Source: a phage. From it: a stretch of 64,000 nt of DNA. The notes below the pieces were generated by a model that worked only from the letters and a program-made list of their open reading frames with translations, did not search any database and had not been told where the DNA came from. Below, piece after piece: positions 39,514-47,442 of this stretch. A program made the translations under genes and the position numbers. How positions within the stretch are numbered: the stretch's first letter is position 1; each line of letters starts with the position of its first letter. The stretch lies in sequence record PZ386973.1. The stretch is one strand, 5' to 3'.

Positions 39514-39519
39514 AAATTT

Positions 39520-39594
39520 GCACCTTTAGCTGAGATGGATTAGCGCTTGCCTGAAGAGCTTGAGAGGTTCGTTCGATTCGAACAGGGTGCACCA
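39520..39594 (+). tRNA. tRNA-Phe (anticodon GAA), read by eye
   Basis: Acceptor GCACCTT/AGGGTGC, T-arm GTTCG-TTCGATT-CGAAC, anticodon loop CTGAAGA; anticodon stem has two mismatches. Confidence 0.5.
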
Positions 39595-39611
39595 ATTTGA
39601 AGGAGATGCTG

Positions 39612-39884
39612 ATGCATCCTGAAAACTTCTTTATTTACTGCGCGGATAAGTCGCTGAAACGTAGAATTAACAAAGTCTATCATTATCGTGCTAGTCAACA
39701 GCCTTATATATACGCTTTTGACGGTGATCACATTCCACTAGAACAATTATCCTGTGATTACATGATATTGAAGAACTTTGACGAGACAAAGATCTCAAGC
39801 GTTCATAATCGACAGAATCCATTAACGTGGAAATATAAGAAGAAAAAGAAAGGCATCAAATTCTTAAAAAATGTAGTTGCTTAG
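39612..39884 (+). CDS. hypothetical protein
   Basis: Start at the ATG behind a GAAGGAG ribosome-binding site; track start 39597 is TTG. Confidence 0.4.
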   Translation: MHPENFFIYCADKSLKRRINKVYHYRASQQPYIYAFDGDHIPLEQLSCDYMILKNFDETKISSVHNRQNPLTWKYKKKKKGIKFLKNVVA

Positions 39885-39905
39885 TTTCCAAAAGTTCTGT
39901 ATAAT
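39877..39905 (+). promoter_or_regulatory. sigma70-type promoter upstream of tRNA genes
   Basis: TTGCTT-17 nt-TATAAT. Confidence 0.5.
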
Positions 39906-39953
39906 AATTACATAAATTGAACTGGAGAAGCAACATGACAGAACAAGATAAAT

Positions 39954-40029
39954 CGACCGTTGGCTGAATGGCTTAGGCGAAGGATTGCAAATCCTTTTTA
40001 TGTGAGTTCAAATCTCATGCGGTCGTCCA
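39954..40029 (+). tRNA. tRNA-Cys (anticodon GCA)
   Basis: Acceptor CGACCGT/GCGGTCG, anticodon stem-loop AAGGA-TTGCAAA-TCCTT, T-arm GTGAG-TTCAAAT-CTCAT. Confidence 0.65.
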
Positions 40030-40181
40030 ATTTGCTGAAAGAATTGTTAAATCAATTCAGGCACGCGTAGGAACACTGTCTCCGTAATTGAAAGATGAGA
40101 CACGGTTTGGAGAGGTATGCCGCTACACGCTACGGTGCTAACTCCGTCTAGGTGAAAATCCTAGTCAGCAATATAAATTTA

Positions 40182-40264
40182 GGGTCGTTAGCCAAGCGGT
40201 TTGGCGGTGGACTGTTAATCCATGTCGAAAGACAACGTAGGTTCGAATCCTACACGGCCCGCCA
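40182..40264 (+). tRNA. tRNA with long variable arm; anticodon read as GTT, identity uncertain
   Basis: Acceptor GGGTCGT/ACGGCCC, T-arm GTAGG-TTCGAAT-CCTAC, variable stem-loop GTC-GAAA-GAC. Confidence 0.5.
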
Positions 40265-40366
40265 AATTCTGTGTAGAGTTAAGTAAACCGGTAGCCAACC
40301 AGCTATCATTGCTGACATCGAATTCAGCCACAGATACCATTTTCATTAATAACTGAGGAAACAAGC

Positions 40367-40552
40367 ATGTCCAAGAATGTAATTGCGCAGCTAGAAGTTC
40401 ATCGTGATAGCACTATCAATAATATTGAAGTTGAGAAGAAATACATCGAAGAACTTAAACATGATATACTAGTAAGTCTCAACCGTCTTAATGTACGAAA
40501 AGAGTTTCTTAAAGAACTTAATGCAGCTATTGAAAAACTCAAAGCTGAGTAA
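40367..40552 (+). CDS. hypothetical small coiled-coil protein
   Basis: 61-aa ORF with a GAGGAAACAAGC ribosome-binding site. Confidence 0.35.
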   Translation: MSKNVIAQLEVHRDSTINNIEVEKKYIEELKHDILVSLNRLNVRKEFLKELNAAIEKLKAE

Positions 40553-40561
40553 ATAAATTAT

Positions 40562-40638
40562 GCGACCGGGGCTGGCTTGGTAATGGTACTCCCCTGTCAC
40601 GGGAGAGAATGTGGGTTCAAATCCCATCGGTCGCGCCA
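40562..40638 (+). tRNA. tRNA-Asp (anticodon GTC)
   Basis: Perfect acceptor GCGACCG/CGGTCGC, anticodon stem-loop CTCCC-CTGTCAC-GGGAG. Confidence 0.7.
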
Positions 40639-40655
40639 AATAAGGTAGGTTAGCT

Positions 40656-40808
40656 ATGGAACGTAGGGAGTTTACTCCAGAAGAGATAGAGCAGATAAAA
40701 GAATCTGCTATGAAAAATGCTAGAATATCTCTGTCACTGGAAGGTATCATTATTAGTGACGTAAACTTTGAAAAAATCAAAGCCATAGCTGATGAACTGG
40801 AAAAAGTA
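40656..40808 (+). CDS. hypothetical 50-aa protein with S-x3-E-G motif
   Basis: ATG behind an AAGGTAGG ribosome-binding site; sequence RISLSLEG fits the [S/T]xxxE[G/N] motif of FicA/VbhA-type Fic inhibitors. Confidence 0.3.
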
Positions 40809-40814
40809 ATTTAA

Positions 40815-40890
40815 TACATCCATAGCTCAATGGTTAGAGCTACCGCCTCTTAAGCGGAGGGTTCTAGGTTCAAGTCCTAGTGGGTGTACC
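40815..40890 (+). tRNA. tRNA-Lys (anticodon CTT), read by eye
   Basis: Acceptor ACATCCA/TGGGTGT, D-arm GCTCAATGGTTAGAGC, anticodon loop CTCTTAA, T-arm CTAGG-TTCAAGT-CCTAG. Confidence 0.55.
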
Positions 40891-40917
40891 AAATTAAACT
40901 AGCACGAGAAATATGCT

Positions 40918-41265
40918 ATGATTAATGCTAAAGAAGAGTTGTTACTTGCCCTAAAGAATACTAAGTCTGAAGTTAAGTGTATTAAGATAGAATTCGGTTA
41001 TTATGGGGATAAAGAAGTTTGGGTATTACCCGTAGGTTATACAGAAAAAGATATTGAAGATTTTCTAGATAATCTAGACTTTAAATATGATTCTGGTTTC
41101 GGCGGACAACTGCTTTATGGTAACGTATGGTTTACTGATGGAACTTGGTTAGAACGTGGTGAATATGATGGTTCTGAATGGTGGGAATATAAGACTACAC
41201 CAGCAATCCCAGAAGAATGCCGAACAATTAATGGTGAAGTAGATCGTACTTTACTATTAAATTAA
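40918..41265 (+). CDS. hypothetical protein
   Basis: 115-aa ORF. Confidence 0.45.
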   Translation: MINAKEELLLALKNTKSEVKCIKIEFGYYGDKEVWVLPVGYTEKDIEDFLDNLDFKYDSGFGGQLLYGNVWFTDGTWLERGEYDGSEWWEYKTTPAIPEECRTINGEVDRTLLLN

Positions 41266-41657
41266 CAAAATTTCAGTGCAGAACACGGAGCTAGCAATTC
41301 GGAAGTGCTGACTCATGATAAGCTGCCTATGTACTTGCGAAGCGGTCGTGTCCAAGACTCGGACTCTTGCACTGAAAACAATCAAACATTCTAGCGTGGT
41401 TGATGGGGAAACCAGCTTGGCTAGGGCAGAAGCTCGTTCGATTCGAGTGGAAGAATGGTTCTCGTAAGTCCGCACAAGTGATAACAGGTTCGAGTCCTGT
41501 CTAGAATGACACTATAAAGTTTACTTATTGAGTAGGTTCCGATAGATCGGCGGGTCTATTCTGGCATTTAAGAGAGGTCTCGCAAACTTCTTTGTCAGCC
41601 GTGGGGTTCATAGCCTCCAGGTGGCCTACACAATAAGTAAATTTATTAAAAATTCAT

Positions 41658-41686
41658 TTGCTATTCTGCTTAATTATCTGTATAAT
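41658..41686 (+). promoter_or_regulatory. sigma70-type promoter
   Basis: TTGCTA-17 nt-TATAAT. Confidence 0.5.
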
Positions 41687-41718
41687 ATATTTTATAAAGT
41701 GAAGAGAAGGAAAGCAAA

Positions 41719-41877
41719 ATGAAACACAAGATAGCTCAAGTTTTTATGGCATTATGGTGTATGCCAATAGCTATAACAGCATTTAATCTAGATACTCTTA
41801 CTATAGAAGAAAAATGTATCGGATTAGTTAGCGGCTTTAGTATGCTGGGCTTATCTTTGCTGTGGTTAAAGAAATAA
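41719..41877 (+). CDS. hypothetical small membrane peptide
   Basis: 52-codon ORF with a GGAAAG ribosome-binding site; two hydrophobic segments. Confidence 0.3.
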   Translation: MKHKIAQVFMALWCMPIAITAFNLDTLTIEEKCIGLVSGFSMLGLSLLWLKK

Positions 41878-41881
41878 TATT

Positions 41882-41959
41882 CTCCGTGTAGCTCAGTTTG
41901 GCCAGAGCGTTTCGTTTGGGGCGATAGGGTCGGGGGTTCAAATCCTCCCACGGAGACCA
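41882..41959 (+). tRNA. tRNA-Pro (anticodon TGG)
   Basis: Perfect acceptor CTCCGTG/CACGGAG, D-arm GCTCAGTTTGGCCAGAGC, anticodon loop TTTGGGG. Confidence 0.6.
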
Positions 41960-41965
41960 AACAAT

Positions 41966-42043
41966 TGCGGGTTAGATCTCTGGTAGAGATCGCTAGTCTC
42001 ATAAGCTAGAAAGAGGTAGGTTCGATTCCTGCACCCGCTTCCA
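41966..42043 (+). tRNA. tRNA with CAT anticodon (Met or Ile); 1-72 mismatch
   Basis: Acceptor TGCGGGT/ACCCGCT with T-T at 1-72, anticodon stem-loop CTAGT-CTCATAA-GCTAG, T-arm GTAGG-TTCGATT-CCTGC. Confidence 0.5.
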
Positions 42044-42063
42044 TTTTAATAGAGGATTTCGAA

Positions 42064-42231
42064 ATGAAAGTATTTCGATTAGTAGTAAGTGATAAACGTT
42101 TAGGTAAGAATACATCAAAATCCTTACTCGCTCATTACGGTAAAAATTGGGATGAAGTAATGGTAGAGTTTAGTACTAATCACCCTTACCTGAAAGTTCA
42201 CTCTATTAAAGAAGTATACAATGGTTACTAA
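42064..42231 (+). CDS. hypothetical small protein
   Basis: 55-codon ORF with an AGAGGA ribosome-binding site between two tRNAs. Confidence 0.3.
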   Translation: MKVFRLVVSDKRLGKNTSKSLLAHYGKNWDEVMVEFSTNHPYLKVHSIKEVYNGY

Positions 42232-42232
42232 T

Positions 42233-42311
42233 AGATCGCTAGCTCAATAGGTTTAGTAGCATCCGACTTTTAATCGGAAGGTTCTGGGTTCAAGTCCCAG
42301 GCGATCTACCA
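42233..42311 (+). tRNA. tRNA-Lys (anticodon TTT)
   Basis: Perfect acceptor AGATCGC/GCGATCT, anticodon stem-loop TCCGA-CTTTTAA-TCGGA, T-arm CTGGG-TTCAAGT-CCCAG. Confidence 0.7.
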
Positions 42312-42329
42312 ATTTCAAGAAAAACGCAG

Positions 42330-42358
42330 TTGCTTGATGCTTAATTTCTTGTTATAAT
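42330..42358 (+). promoter_or_regulatory. sigma70-type promoter
   Basis: TTGCTT-17 nt-TATAAT. Confidence 0.5.
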
Positions 42359-42596
42359 ATTTATATAAATTGATGAGGATTTCTCCTCATCATAGTTCAC
42401 TAAGGTATTAGCTCGACCTAGGACTGGCTGCCAAAAAGCACGATCCCTACGATTCGGGAGAAGTTCTAGATTAGTCCACTAGATTCAGCGGCAACTGAAT
42501 AGTGTATCGGGTTTGCGAGATGACGTAGTTCCTTCCGCTCGAAGCGAAGGTGCTGTAGTTACGCCGAGCTAATAGCCTTAGTAAATTAAAGAATTT

Positions 42597-42675
42597 GGGG
42601 GATGGGTCTGCTAGGAGTGGACACCTCGCTTGCACCGAGGACATCAGAACGATTCGAATTCGTTATCCTCCACCA
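42597..42675 (+). tRNA. tRNA-Ala (anticodon TGC)
   Basis: Acceptor GGGGGAT/ATCCTCC, anticodon stem-loop CCTCG-CTTGCAC-CGAGG, T-arm AACGA-TTCGAAT-TCGTT. Confidence 0.6.
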
Positions 42676-42680
42676 AATAC

Positions 42681-42757
42681 GCGTGATTGATGGAATGGGC
42701 ATACATACCGTCCTTAGAAGTCGGGTTTTGAGGGTTCGAATCCCTTGTCACGCACCA
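42681..42757 (+). tRNA. tRNA, anticodon read as TAG, short variable arm
   Basis: Acceptor GCGTGAT/GTCACGC, T-arm GAGGG-TTCGAAT-CCCTT; identity needs software. Confidence 0.5.
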
Positions 42758-42869
42758 AATTTGATGGTCAGAGTAAATTAAACCTACTATCTCGGTTGAG
42801 CTGTTTTAATGGGTTCGAATCCCAGCGAGGCGTAACTGCCTGGCGTGATAGAGGCATCATCTTATTATT

Positions 42870-42960
42870 GGAAGAGCAAATCGAATTGGCGACGAAAACC
42901 GCTTGGAAAGTGGCTGACTGGTAAAACGGCTTGAGAGTTCAAATCTCTTCTCTTCCGCCA
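42870..42960 (+). tRNA. tRNA-Ser (anticodon GGA), long variable arm
   Basis: Perfect acceptor GGAAGAG/CTCTTCC, anticodon loop TTGGAAA, T-arm GAGAG-TTCAAAT-CTCTT. Confidence 0.55.
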
Positions 42961-42972
42961 AACAATTTATAT

Positions 42973-43067
42973 GGTAGGTCAATCCAAAGGCTGGCGCTGG
43001 ACTCCGACTTGAAATCGGTTGATCGTAGTGATACGGTGTAAGGGTTCGATCCCCTTACCTACCTCCA
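42973..43067 (+). tRNA. tRNA-Ser (anticodon TGA), long variable arm
   Basis: Perfect acceptor GGTAGGT/ACCTACC, anticodon loop CTTGAAA, T-arm AAGGG-TTCGATC-CCCTT. Confidence 0.55.
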
Positions 43068-43432
43068 AATCTTGGAATATGCCGGAATTAGTAGACGGGA
43101 CTGCCGAATAGGTTTACTAGGAACATCCACTCCTAGAAATATACCTTAAAGGCGGTTGAGATAAATGGTCTATCTCGTGAAGGTTCAAGTCCTTCTATTC
43201 CTTGATACATCAATGGCTCAAAGTGTAACGGTGCTATTTGATGCTCTTGGAAAGACTTTCCCGACAGGCGTTCGGGGGTAAGCTTCTGAGGCTAGAATAG
43301 AAGAGTTTCTGAGAGCCGCCACAATTGAAAATTCGTACTCGTCTTGAGCTGCGTGCAATAGGAGATAACTTGATTAGTATTCTAGAACATGCTAATTGAG
43401 GATGGTTTCGCTAACCCTGCGAGTTTTCAATT

Positions 43433-43509
43433 GTGGCTATATCATAATTGGTTAATGATCCTGATTGTGAATCAGGCCTATGTGGATTCGAATTCCACTA
43501 GCCACCCCA
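43433..43509 (+). tRNA. tRNA-His (anticodon GTG)
   Basis: Perfect acceptor GTGGCTA/TAGCCAC, anticodon stem-loop CCTGA-TTGTGAA-TCAGG, T-arm GTGGA-TTCGAAT-TCCAC. Confidence 0.7.
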
Positions 43510-43534
43510 AATTAACTTAAATAGGAAATAAAAT

Positions 43535-43732
43535 ATGGCTGATTTCTGCAAACAATGCTCTATTGATATGTGGGGCAGAGATACTGGTGATCTTTCTGGT
43601 TTGATTACAGAAGCCGAAGTTAAAGAAGGTTATGGTGCAGTTGTGATTTGCGAAGGATGCGGAGTTATTCGAGTGGATCATGAAGGCAAACGTTTAGAAG
43701 AGCAGGAAAATTTAGGAGAAACAAATGAGTAA
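43535..43732 (+). CDS. small zinc-ribbon-like protein
   Basis: 65 aa with CKQC...CEGCG pairs. Confidence 0.4.
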   Translation: MADFCKQCSIDMWGRDTGDLSGLITEAEVKEGYGAVVICEGCGVIRVDHEGKRLEEQENLGETNE

Positions 43733-43961
43733 TGCCTTAATTAGTGAAATTATGTTAACACGTCTTGCAGAATTACAAACTCTTCGAGATGAATCTCAGA
43801 ATAACTTAGCCTACCATAAACAGATGGTAGATACTCTTACTACTCGTATTGAAACTTACGAGCGCGATATTGCAGCATTACAAGCCCTTTTCTCTGTGTC
43901 AGCACCCGATACGTTAGAACAGCCTCCTGTGTCTCAGCCGGTAGAAACAGCATCTAGTTAA
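43725..43961 (+). CDS. hypothetical small coiled-coil protein
   Basis: 78-aa ORF overlapping the previous stop. Confidence 0.35.
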   Translation: MSNALISEIMLTRLAELQTLRDESQNNLAYHKQMVDTLTTRIETYERDIAALQALFSVSAPDTLEQPPVSQPVETASS

Positions 43962-43970
43962 TAGCATTCT

Positions 43971-44046
43971 TGGAGTGTAGATCAATTGGCAGATCGTCGG
44001 CCTCTGACTCCGAAGGTTCCTGGTTCGATCCCAGGCACTCCAGCCA
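43971..44046 (+). tRNA. tRNA-Gln (anticodon CTG)
   Basis: Perfect acceptor TGGAGTG/CACTCCA, anticodon loop CTCTGAC, T-arm CCTGG-TTCGATC-CCAGG. Confidence 0.6.
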
Positions 44047-44052
44047 AACAAT

Positions 44053-44128
44053 TGGAGAGTAGTGTAACGGTTAGCACAACGGCCTTTGACTCCGTTAATG
44101 GTAGGTTCGATTCCTCCTTCTCCAGCCA
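44053..44128 (+). tRNA. tRNA-Gln (anticodon TTG)
   Basis: Acceptor TGGAGAG/TTCTCCA, anticodon loop CTTTGAC, T-loop TTCGATT. Confidence 0.55.
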
Positions 44129-44136
44129 AATAATAG

Positions 44137-44212
44137 GCGGTTAAGCACACGGGTTGTGTCGCAGGCCTTCCAAGCCTCGCTGAGTAGGGTTCGATTCCCT
44201 CTAGCCGCTCCA
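44137..44212 (+). tRNA. tRNA-Gly (anticodon TCC)
   Basis: Acceptor GCGGTTA/TAGCCGC, anticodon loop CTTCCAA, T-arm TAGGG-TTCGATT-CCCTC. Confidence 0.55.
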
Positions 44213-44228
44213 ACTTTAAGGAAACGTT

Positions 44229-44480
44229 ATGCACGTTTTTGAGTTTCGTAATAAAAGTACCGATAAACGAGTTATTGTTATTGGAGAAACATACCGAGCA
44301 TACGAACAAACTGACGGCTCTGTTATCCTGAATGATGAGAAAGGAGGTTTTAGCTTTTATCCAGAAGAACCTTATGAAGAGTTTCGAAAACAATTTAACC
44401 TAGACTGGAGAAAGCATTTAAACACTGTTGCTTCATCTGTAGTATTGCCAACTACCAGTACTGTACCCCCTAATGGCTGA
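44229..44480 (+). CDS. hypothetical protein
   Basis: 83-aa ORF with an AAGGAAACG ribosome-binding site. Confidence 0.4.
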   Translation: MHVFEFRNKSTDKRVIVIGETYRAYEQTDGSVILNDEKGGFSFYPEEPYEEFRKQFNLDWRKHLNTVASSVVLPTTSTVPPNG

Positions 44481-44637
44481 CAACCTAAAAGTAAAGATCG
44501 ATAAACAAAAGAAACGTGTAGAAGTAGAGATTGGTGAAGAACGTGTAGCCTTCACCTTTGAATTTCTTCAGCAGTTGGCAATGACAGTTATGACTGATAA
44601 GTCTCCTGTTATTGAAAAAGAAATCCCGTTGAAATAA
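44473..44637 (+). CDS. hypothetical small protein
   Basis: 54-codon ORF overlapping the previous stop (ATGGCTGA). Confidence 0.3.
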   Translation: MADNLKVKIDKQKKRVEVEIGEERVAFTFEFLQQLAMTVMTDKSPVIEKEIPLK

Positions 44638-44645
44638 CGGGTTTT

Positions 44646-44720
44646 GCTCCTAAAGCATTGCTGGCGATGCAGTTGCCTTGTAAGCATCTGAACCGGGTTC
44701 GATTCCTGGTGGGAGCACCA
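44646..44720 (+). tRNA. tRNA-Thr (anticodon TGT)
   Basis: Acceptor GCTCCTA/TGGGAGC, D-arm GCAT...ATGC, anticodon loop CTTGTAA, T-arm CCGGG-TTCGATT-CCTGG. Confidence 0.6.
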
Positions 44721-44735
44721 AATTTAAAAATTCAT

Positions 44736-44764
44736 TTGCCTTCTCTCTTATTTATTGTTATAAT
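44736..44764 (+). promoter_or_regulatory. sigma70-type promoter
   Basis: TTGCCT-17 nt-TATAAT. Confidence 0.5.
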
Positions 44765-44794
44765 ATTTATATAAATTAATGAGAGGGAAACCAA

Positions 44795-45088
44795 ATGAAA
44801 CGTTATCTTTCTGTATTATTCCAAGCTGGTGGTCAACGCTATACTTACGAATTTCCTAGCTCTTGGAAAATAAAAGAAGGTGATCAAGTAGTAGTGTTAA
44901 CACCACGTGAAGGGTATAAAGTAGTAACGGTTAAACAAGTATTTCCAAAAGATCATGAACCGGCTAAAGGCATTCGCTATAAGATGATTCATGGTGTGGT
45001 TCGTCAAGTACCACGAGCGGAAGTAGAAATCAGAGTAGATAAAGATGGTAAACTTAAGTATACTTCTTGCTTAGATGAGTTACTATAA
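44795..45088 (+). CDS. hypothetical protein
   Basis: 97-aa ORF. Confidence 0.45.
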   Translation: MKRYLSVLFQAGGQRYTYEFPSSWKIKEGDQVVVLTPREGYKVVTVKQVFPKDHEPAKGIRYKMIHGVVRQVPRAEVEIRVDKDGKLKYTSCLDELL

Positions 45089-45294
45089 TGAGGATTACTT
45101 TCACAGAAAAGATCATGAGTAATGGTGTTATGATCATTACCGCATGGGATGGTAATCAGTGGTGTAGTGTTTCAGGTATTAAGCCCGAAGAACAAACACT
45201 AGAAAATATCTCAAAGATTAAGCGAAGAATGGCAGAACGTGCACGACTTCCAGGTGCGCCTAGAAATGGTAAACGTTCTGCAATTAAATGTTAA
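45088..45294 (+). CDS. hypothetical small protein
   Basis: 68-aa ORF, coupled start (TAATG). Confidence 0.35.
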   Translation: MRITFTEKIMSNGVMIITAWDGNQWCSVSGIKPEEQTLENISKIKRRMAERARLPGAPRNGKRSAIKC

Positions 45295-45295
45295 T

Positions 45296-45372
45296 GCTTC
45301 GGTAGCTTAGCGATCTAAAGCACTCGGCTGATAACCGAGAGATCGGGGGTTTAAATCCCTCCCGGAGTACCA
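45296..45372 (+). tRNA. tRNA-Ile (anticodon GAT)
   Basis: Acceptor GCTTCGG/CCGGAGT, anticodon stem-loop CTCGG-CTGATAA-CCGAG. Confidence 0.6.
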
Positions 45373-45468
45373 AATTTAGGAATTAAGACTATGCGTCCAG
45401 GAAAGTTTAAAAAAGCTAATTGGTCTAAAGAGTATAAAGAATACTTACTTAGTCTAATAAAACATAAT

Positions 45469-45544
45469 AGTTAGTTGGCAGAGTGGTTATGCACCTCCTT
45501 CATACGGAGCGACTACAGTGGTTCAAATCCACTACTAACTACCA
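45469..45544 (+). tRNA. tRNA with CAT anticodon (Met or Ile)
   Basis: Perfect acceptor AGTTAGT/ACTAACT, T-arm AGTGG-TTCAAAT-CCACT, anticodon loop TTCATAC. Confidence 0.55.
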
Positions 45545-45567
45545 AATTCTAACATCGGGGAGATCTA

Positions 45568-45936
45568 ATGAAAGCATATCAAAATCTTAAATCTGGCGTA
45601 ATTAACCTTGTTCATGAAAATCAGATTATTCAGCTATACTCCGACAACGGTGAACTTAAACAGAAAGTTCTAGTTGAAGATCTAGAAGGTATCACCCCAC
45701 AATTCGATCCTGAAGCCTTCCGTGAAGTCAAAGTGGAAGTCGCCCCTCAAATCGAAGGTGGTCAGCACCTAAATGTCAATGTGTTAAGCCGTGATCAGCT
45801 TTTGGATGCGCAGAAACATCCTGAAAAATATCCTCAGTTGACCATCCGTGTCTCTGGCTACGCTGTTCGATTTAACGCACTGACTCGTGAACAACAGAAC
45901 GACGTTATTAGTCGTACATTTACTCAGGCGATGTAA
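45568..45936 (+). CDS. GrcA/YfiD-like autonomous glycyl-radical cofactor protein
   Basis: C-terminal glycyl-radical signature [19 protein letters not shown]; 122 aa. Confidence 0.75.
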   Translation: MKAYQNLKSGVINLVHENQIIQLYSDNGELKQKVLVEDLEGITPQFDPEAFREVKVEVAPQIEGGQHLNVNVLSRDQLLDAQKHPEKYPQLTIRVSGYAVRFNALTREQQNDVISRTFTQAM

Positions 45937-46017
45937 TGGGGTTTGGATACGATTTCTCCGAGCTACATGAGGTAGTCGAGCAAACTCCATTTATCTCCCA
46001 AGTTTTAGGAGAAATGT

Positions 46018-46323
46018 GTGGATCGAGCATTAAGACGCCATCACCGGCAACGTGTGAAGAACAACCGTAAGAAGTATTGGACAGTCTTTCCACATGAAGA
46101 AAGCCCTAAGCGGTTAGGTATTATCACTACTACTCCTTGCATCTGTTCTTGTTGGATGTGTGGGAACCCTCGCAAATATTATAAGAATAGTAAAGCAGGT
46201 ATGAAAACCTCGGAGATCAGGAAAATGGAAGCGATGATTGCGGACATCACCTATACTGGTGGTATTTCAAATGATGAATTTGATGGCTTCGTAGCGTTCG
46301 AAGATGAACGCCCCGATCTGTAA
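46018..46323 (+). CDS. hypothetical Cys-rich protein (CxxxCxxC)
   Basis: GTG start behind an AGGAG ribosome-binding site; motif C-ICS-C-WM-C; basic N-terminus. Confidence 0.4.
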   Translation: MDRALRRHHRQRVKNNRKKYWTVFPHEESPKRLGIITTTPCICSCWMCGNPRKYYKNSKAGMKTSEIRKMEAMIADITYTGGISNDEFDGFVAFEDERPDL

Positions 46324-46331
46324 TTAATAAC

Positions 46332-46367
46332 AAACCCCAGCTATTGAATAAGTAGTCTGGGGTTTTT
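46332..46367 (+). terminator. rho-independent terminator
   Basis: AAACCCCAG...CTGGGGTTTTTCTG. Confidence 0.6.
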
Positions 46368-46444
46368 CTGTATAAAGGTACATAATATATGTATAATAAA
46401 ATTCATCCACATTAGGTTAATTTAAAAGACTTAATGGAGGTAAT

Positions 46445-46792
46445 ATGAGCCGTACTTATCGTAAACAATCTGGTGATCAGTGGTGGAAGTCTAAAGAACA
46501 ATTCTCTCAAGAATATTCTTTCCTCAAAGAAAATGGCTACTGGATTCGTGTTATTTATGCCAAATCCTGGGACGACATCAAAAAAGAAATGAAGGAAGCA
46601 ACCATTCGTAATGAGAAAAAGGATGGTTATAACTGGAATTCTATTAGTAAGAATGTTAAGTGGCATTCTAATAAAATGGTTCGTCAAGGGAATCGTCAAG
46701 AACTCCACCGCGTGATGAAAGATCCAGAAAATTATGATTATAATCGCGATCATGACATGCGTAAACGTGGGTTATGGTGGTGCTATGACTAA
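46445..46792 (+). CDS. hypothetical Trp-rich protein
   Basis: 115-aa ORF with a GGAGG ribosome-binding site. Confidence 0.45.
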   Translation: MSRTYRKQSGDQWWKSKEQFSQEYSFLKENGYWIRVIYAKSWDDIKKEMKEATIRNEKKDGYNWNSISKNVKWHSNKMVRQGNRQELHRVMKDPENYDYNRDHDMRKRGLWWCYD

Positions 46793-46809
46793 ATTCTGAA
46801 ATAATTCAT

Positions 46810-46838
46810 TTGCTAAACCTCTCTTTTCTTGTTATAAT
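46810..46838 (+). promoter_or_regulatory. sigma70-type promoter
   Basis: TTGCTA-17 nt-TATAAT. Confidence 0.5.
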
Positions 46839-46868
46839 ATGTTTATAAATTGATGAGAGAGGTTTGAA

Positions 46869-47150
46869 ATGAAAACTCGTCTAGACTGTGCTGTTCATGT
46901 TCTTGAACATGATGTTGCGGGAACCTGTATGTCTTACCACGAAGCAGGTCGTTTAATTAAAGAACGTGTGGCAGATGTGTGCGGATTGAAGATTACTGCT
47001 GAGGAAGCTGATGATCTTTTAGGTCAAGCACTGGAGAAAACCGAAATGTTTCTCTGTGATTCTTGTTCTTGGTGGTGTGAAGCCCACGAACGTTCTTTCA
47101 ACGATTATGATGTATGTCGTGATTGTAGTGGGGAGGATGAAGATGAATAA
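46869..47150 (+). CDS. hypothetical Cys-rich acidic protein
   Basis: 93 aa; CDSCSWWC and CRDCSGEDEDE C-terminus. Confidence 0.4.
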   Translation: MKTRLDCAVHVLEHDVAGTCMSYHEAGRLIKERVADVCGLKITAEEADDLLGQALEKTEMFLCDSCSWWCEAHERSFNDYDVCRDCSGEDEDE

Positions 47151-47442
47151 GTTTATTATTGCACTGATGATCTCCGCAGTTAGTTTCGGTTCTCTGGCGT
47201 CTACCAAAGTTTCTATGAAAAATGGTAATGTTAAAGTCCAACAGAACGGCATTATTACCGAGTATGGTAAAGTTCGTGATGTTAAGGAACGTAATGGTAA
47301 AGTAGAAATATATACTAATAAAAACTTCTCTACTCCAGCCGTTACTATTAGCAAACGCGGTGAAATAACCACTCAACGTACTAATAGCTCCAGTTCTTTT
47401 ACTTGTCGTTATGATTGCGACTTTGAAGGTGAAGATGAATAA
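47143..47442 (+). CDS. hypothetical secreted protein
   Basis: Start at the ATG giving an N-terminal signal peptide (MNKFIIALMISAVSFGSLAS); C-terminus CRYDCDFEGEDE. Confidence 0.4.
   Translation: MNKFIIALMISAVSFGSLASTKVSMKNGNVKVQQNGIITEYGKVRDVKERNGKVEIYTNKNFSTPAVTISKRGEITTQRTNSSSSFTCRYDCDFEGEDE

Noticed and set aside
45391-45474. 27-codon ORF between tRNA-Ile and the last CAT-anticodon tRNA
   Set aside because: It is very short and its 3' end overlaps the tRNA at 45469; it is more likely spacer sequence than a gene, so it was not reported as a feature.
32541-46871. Conserved TTGATGAG in promoter leaders as a possible hammerhead-ribozyme core (CUGAUGA)
   Set aside because: No matching GAAA element or stems I to III were found in the right geometry; the motif is better explained as a conserved leader and ribosome-binding site.
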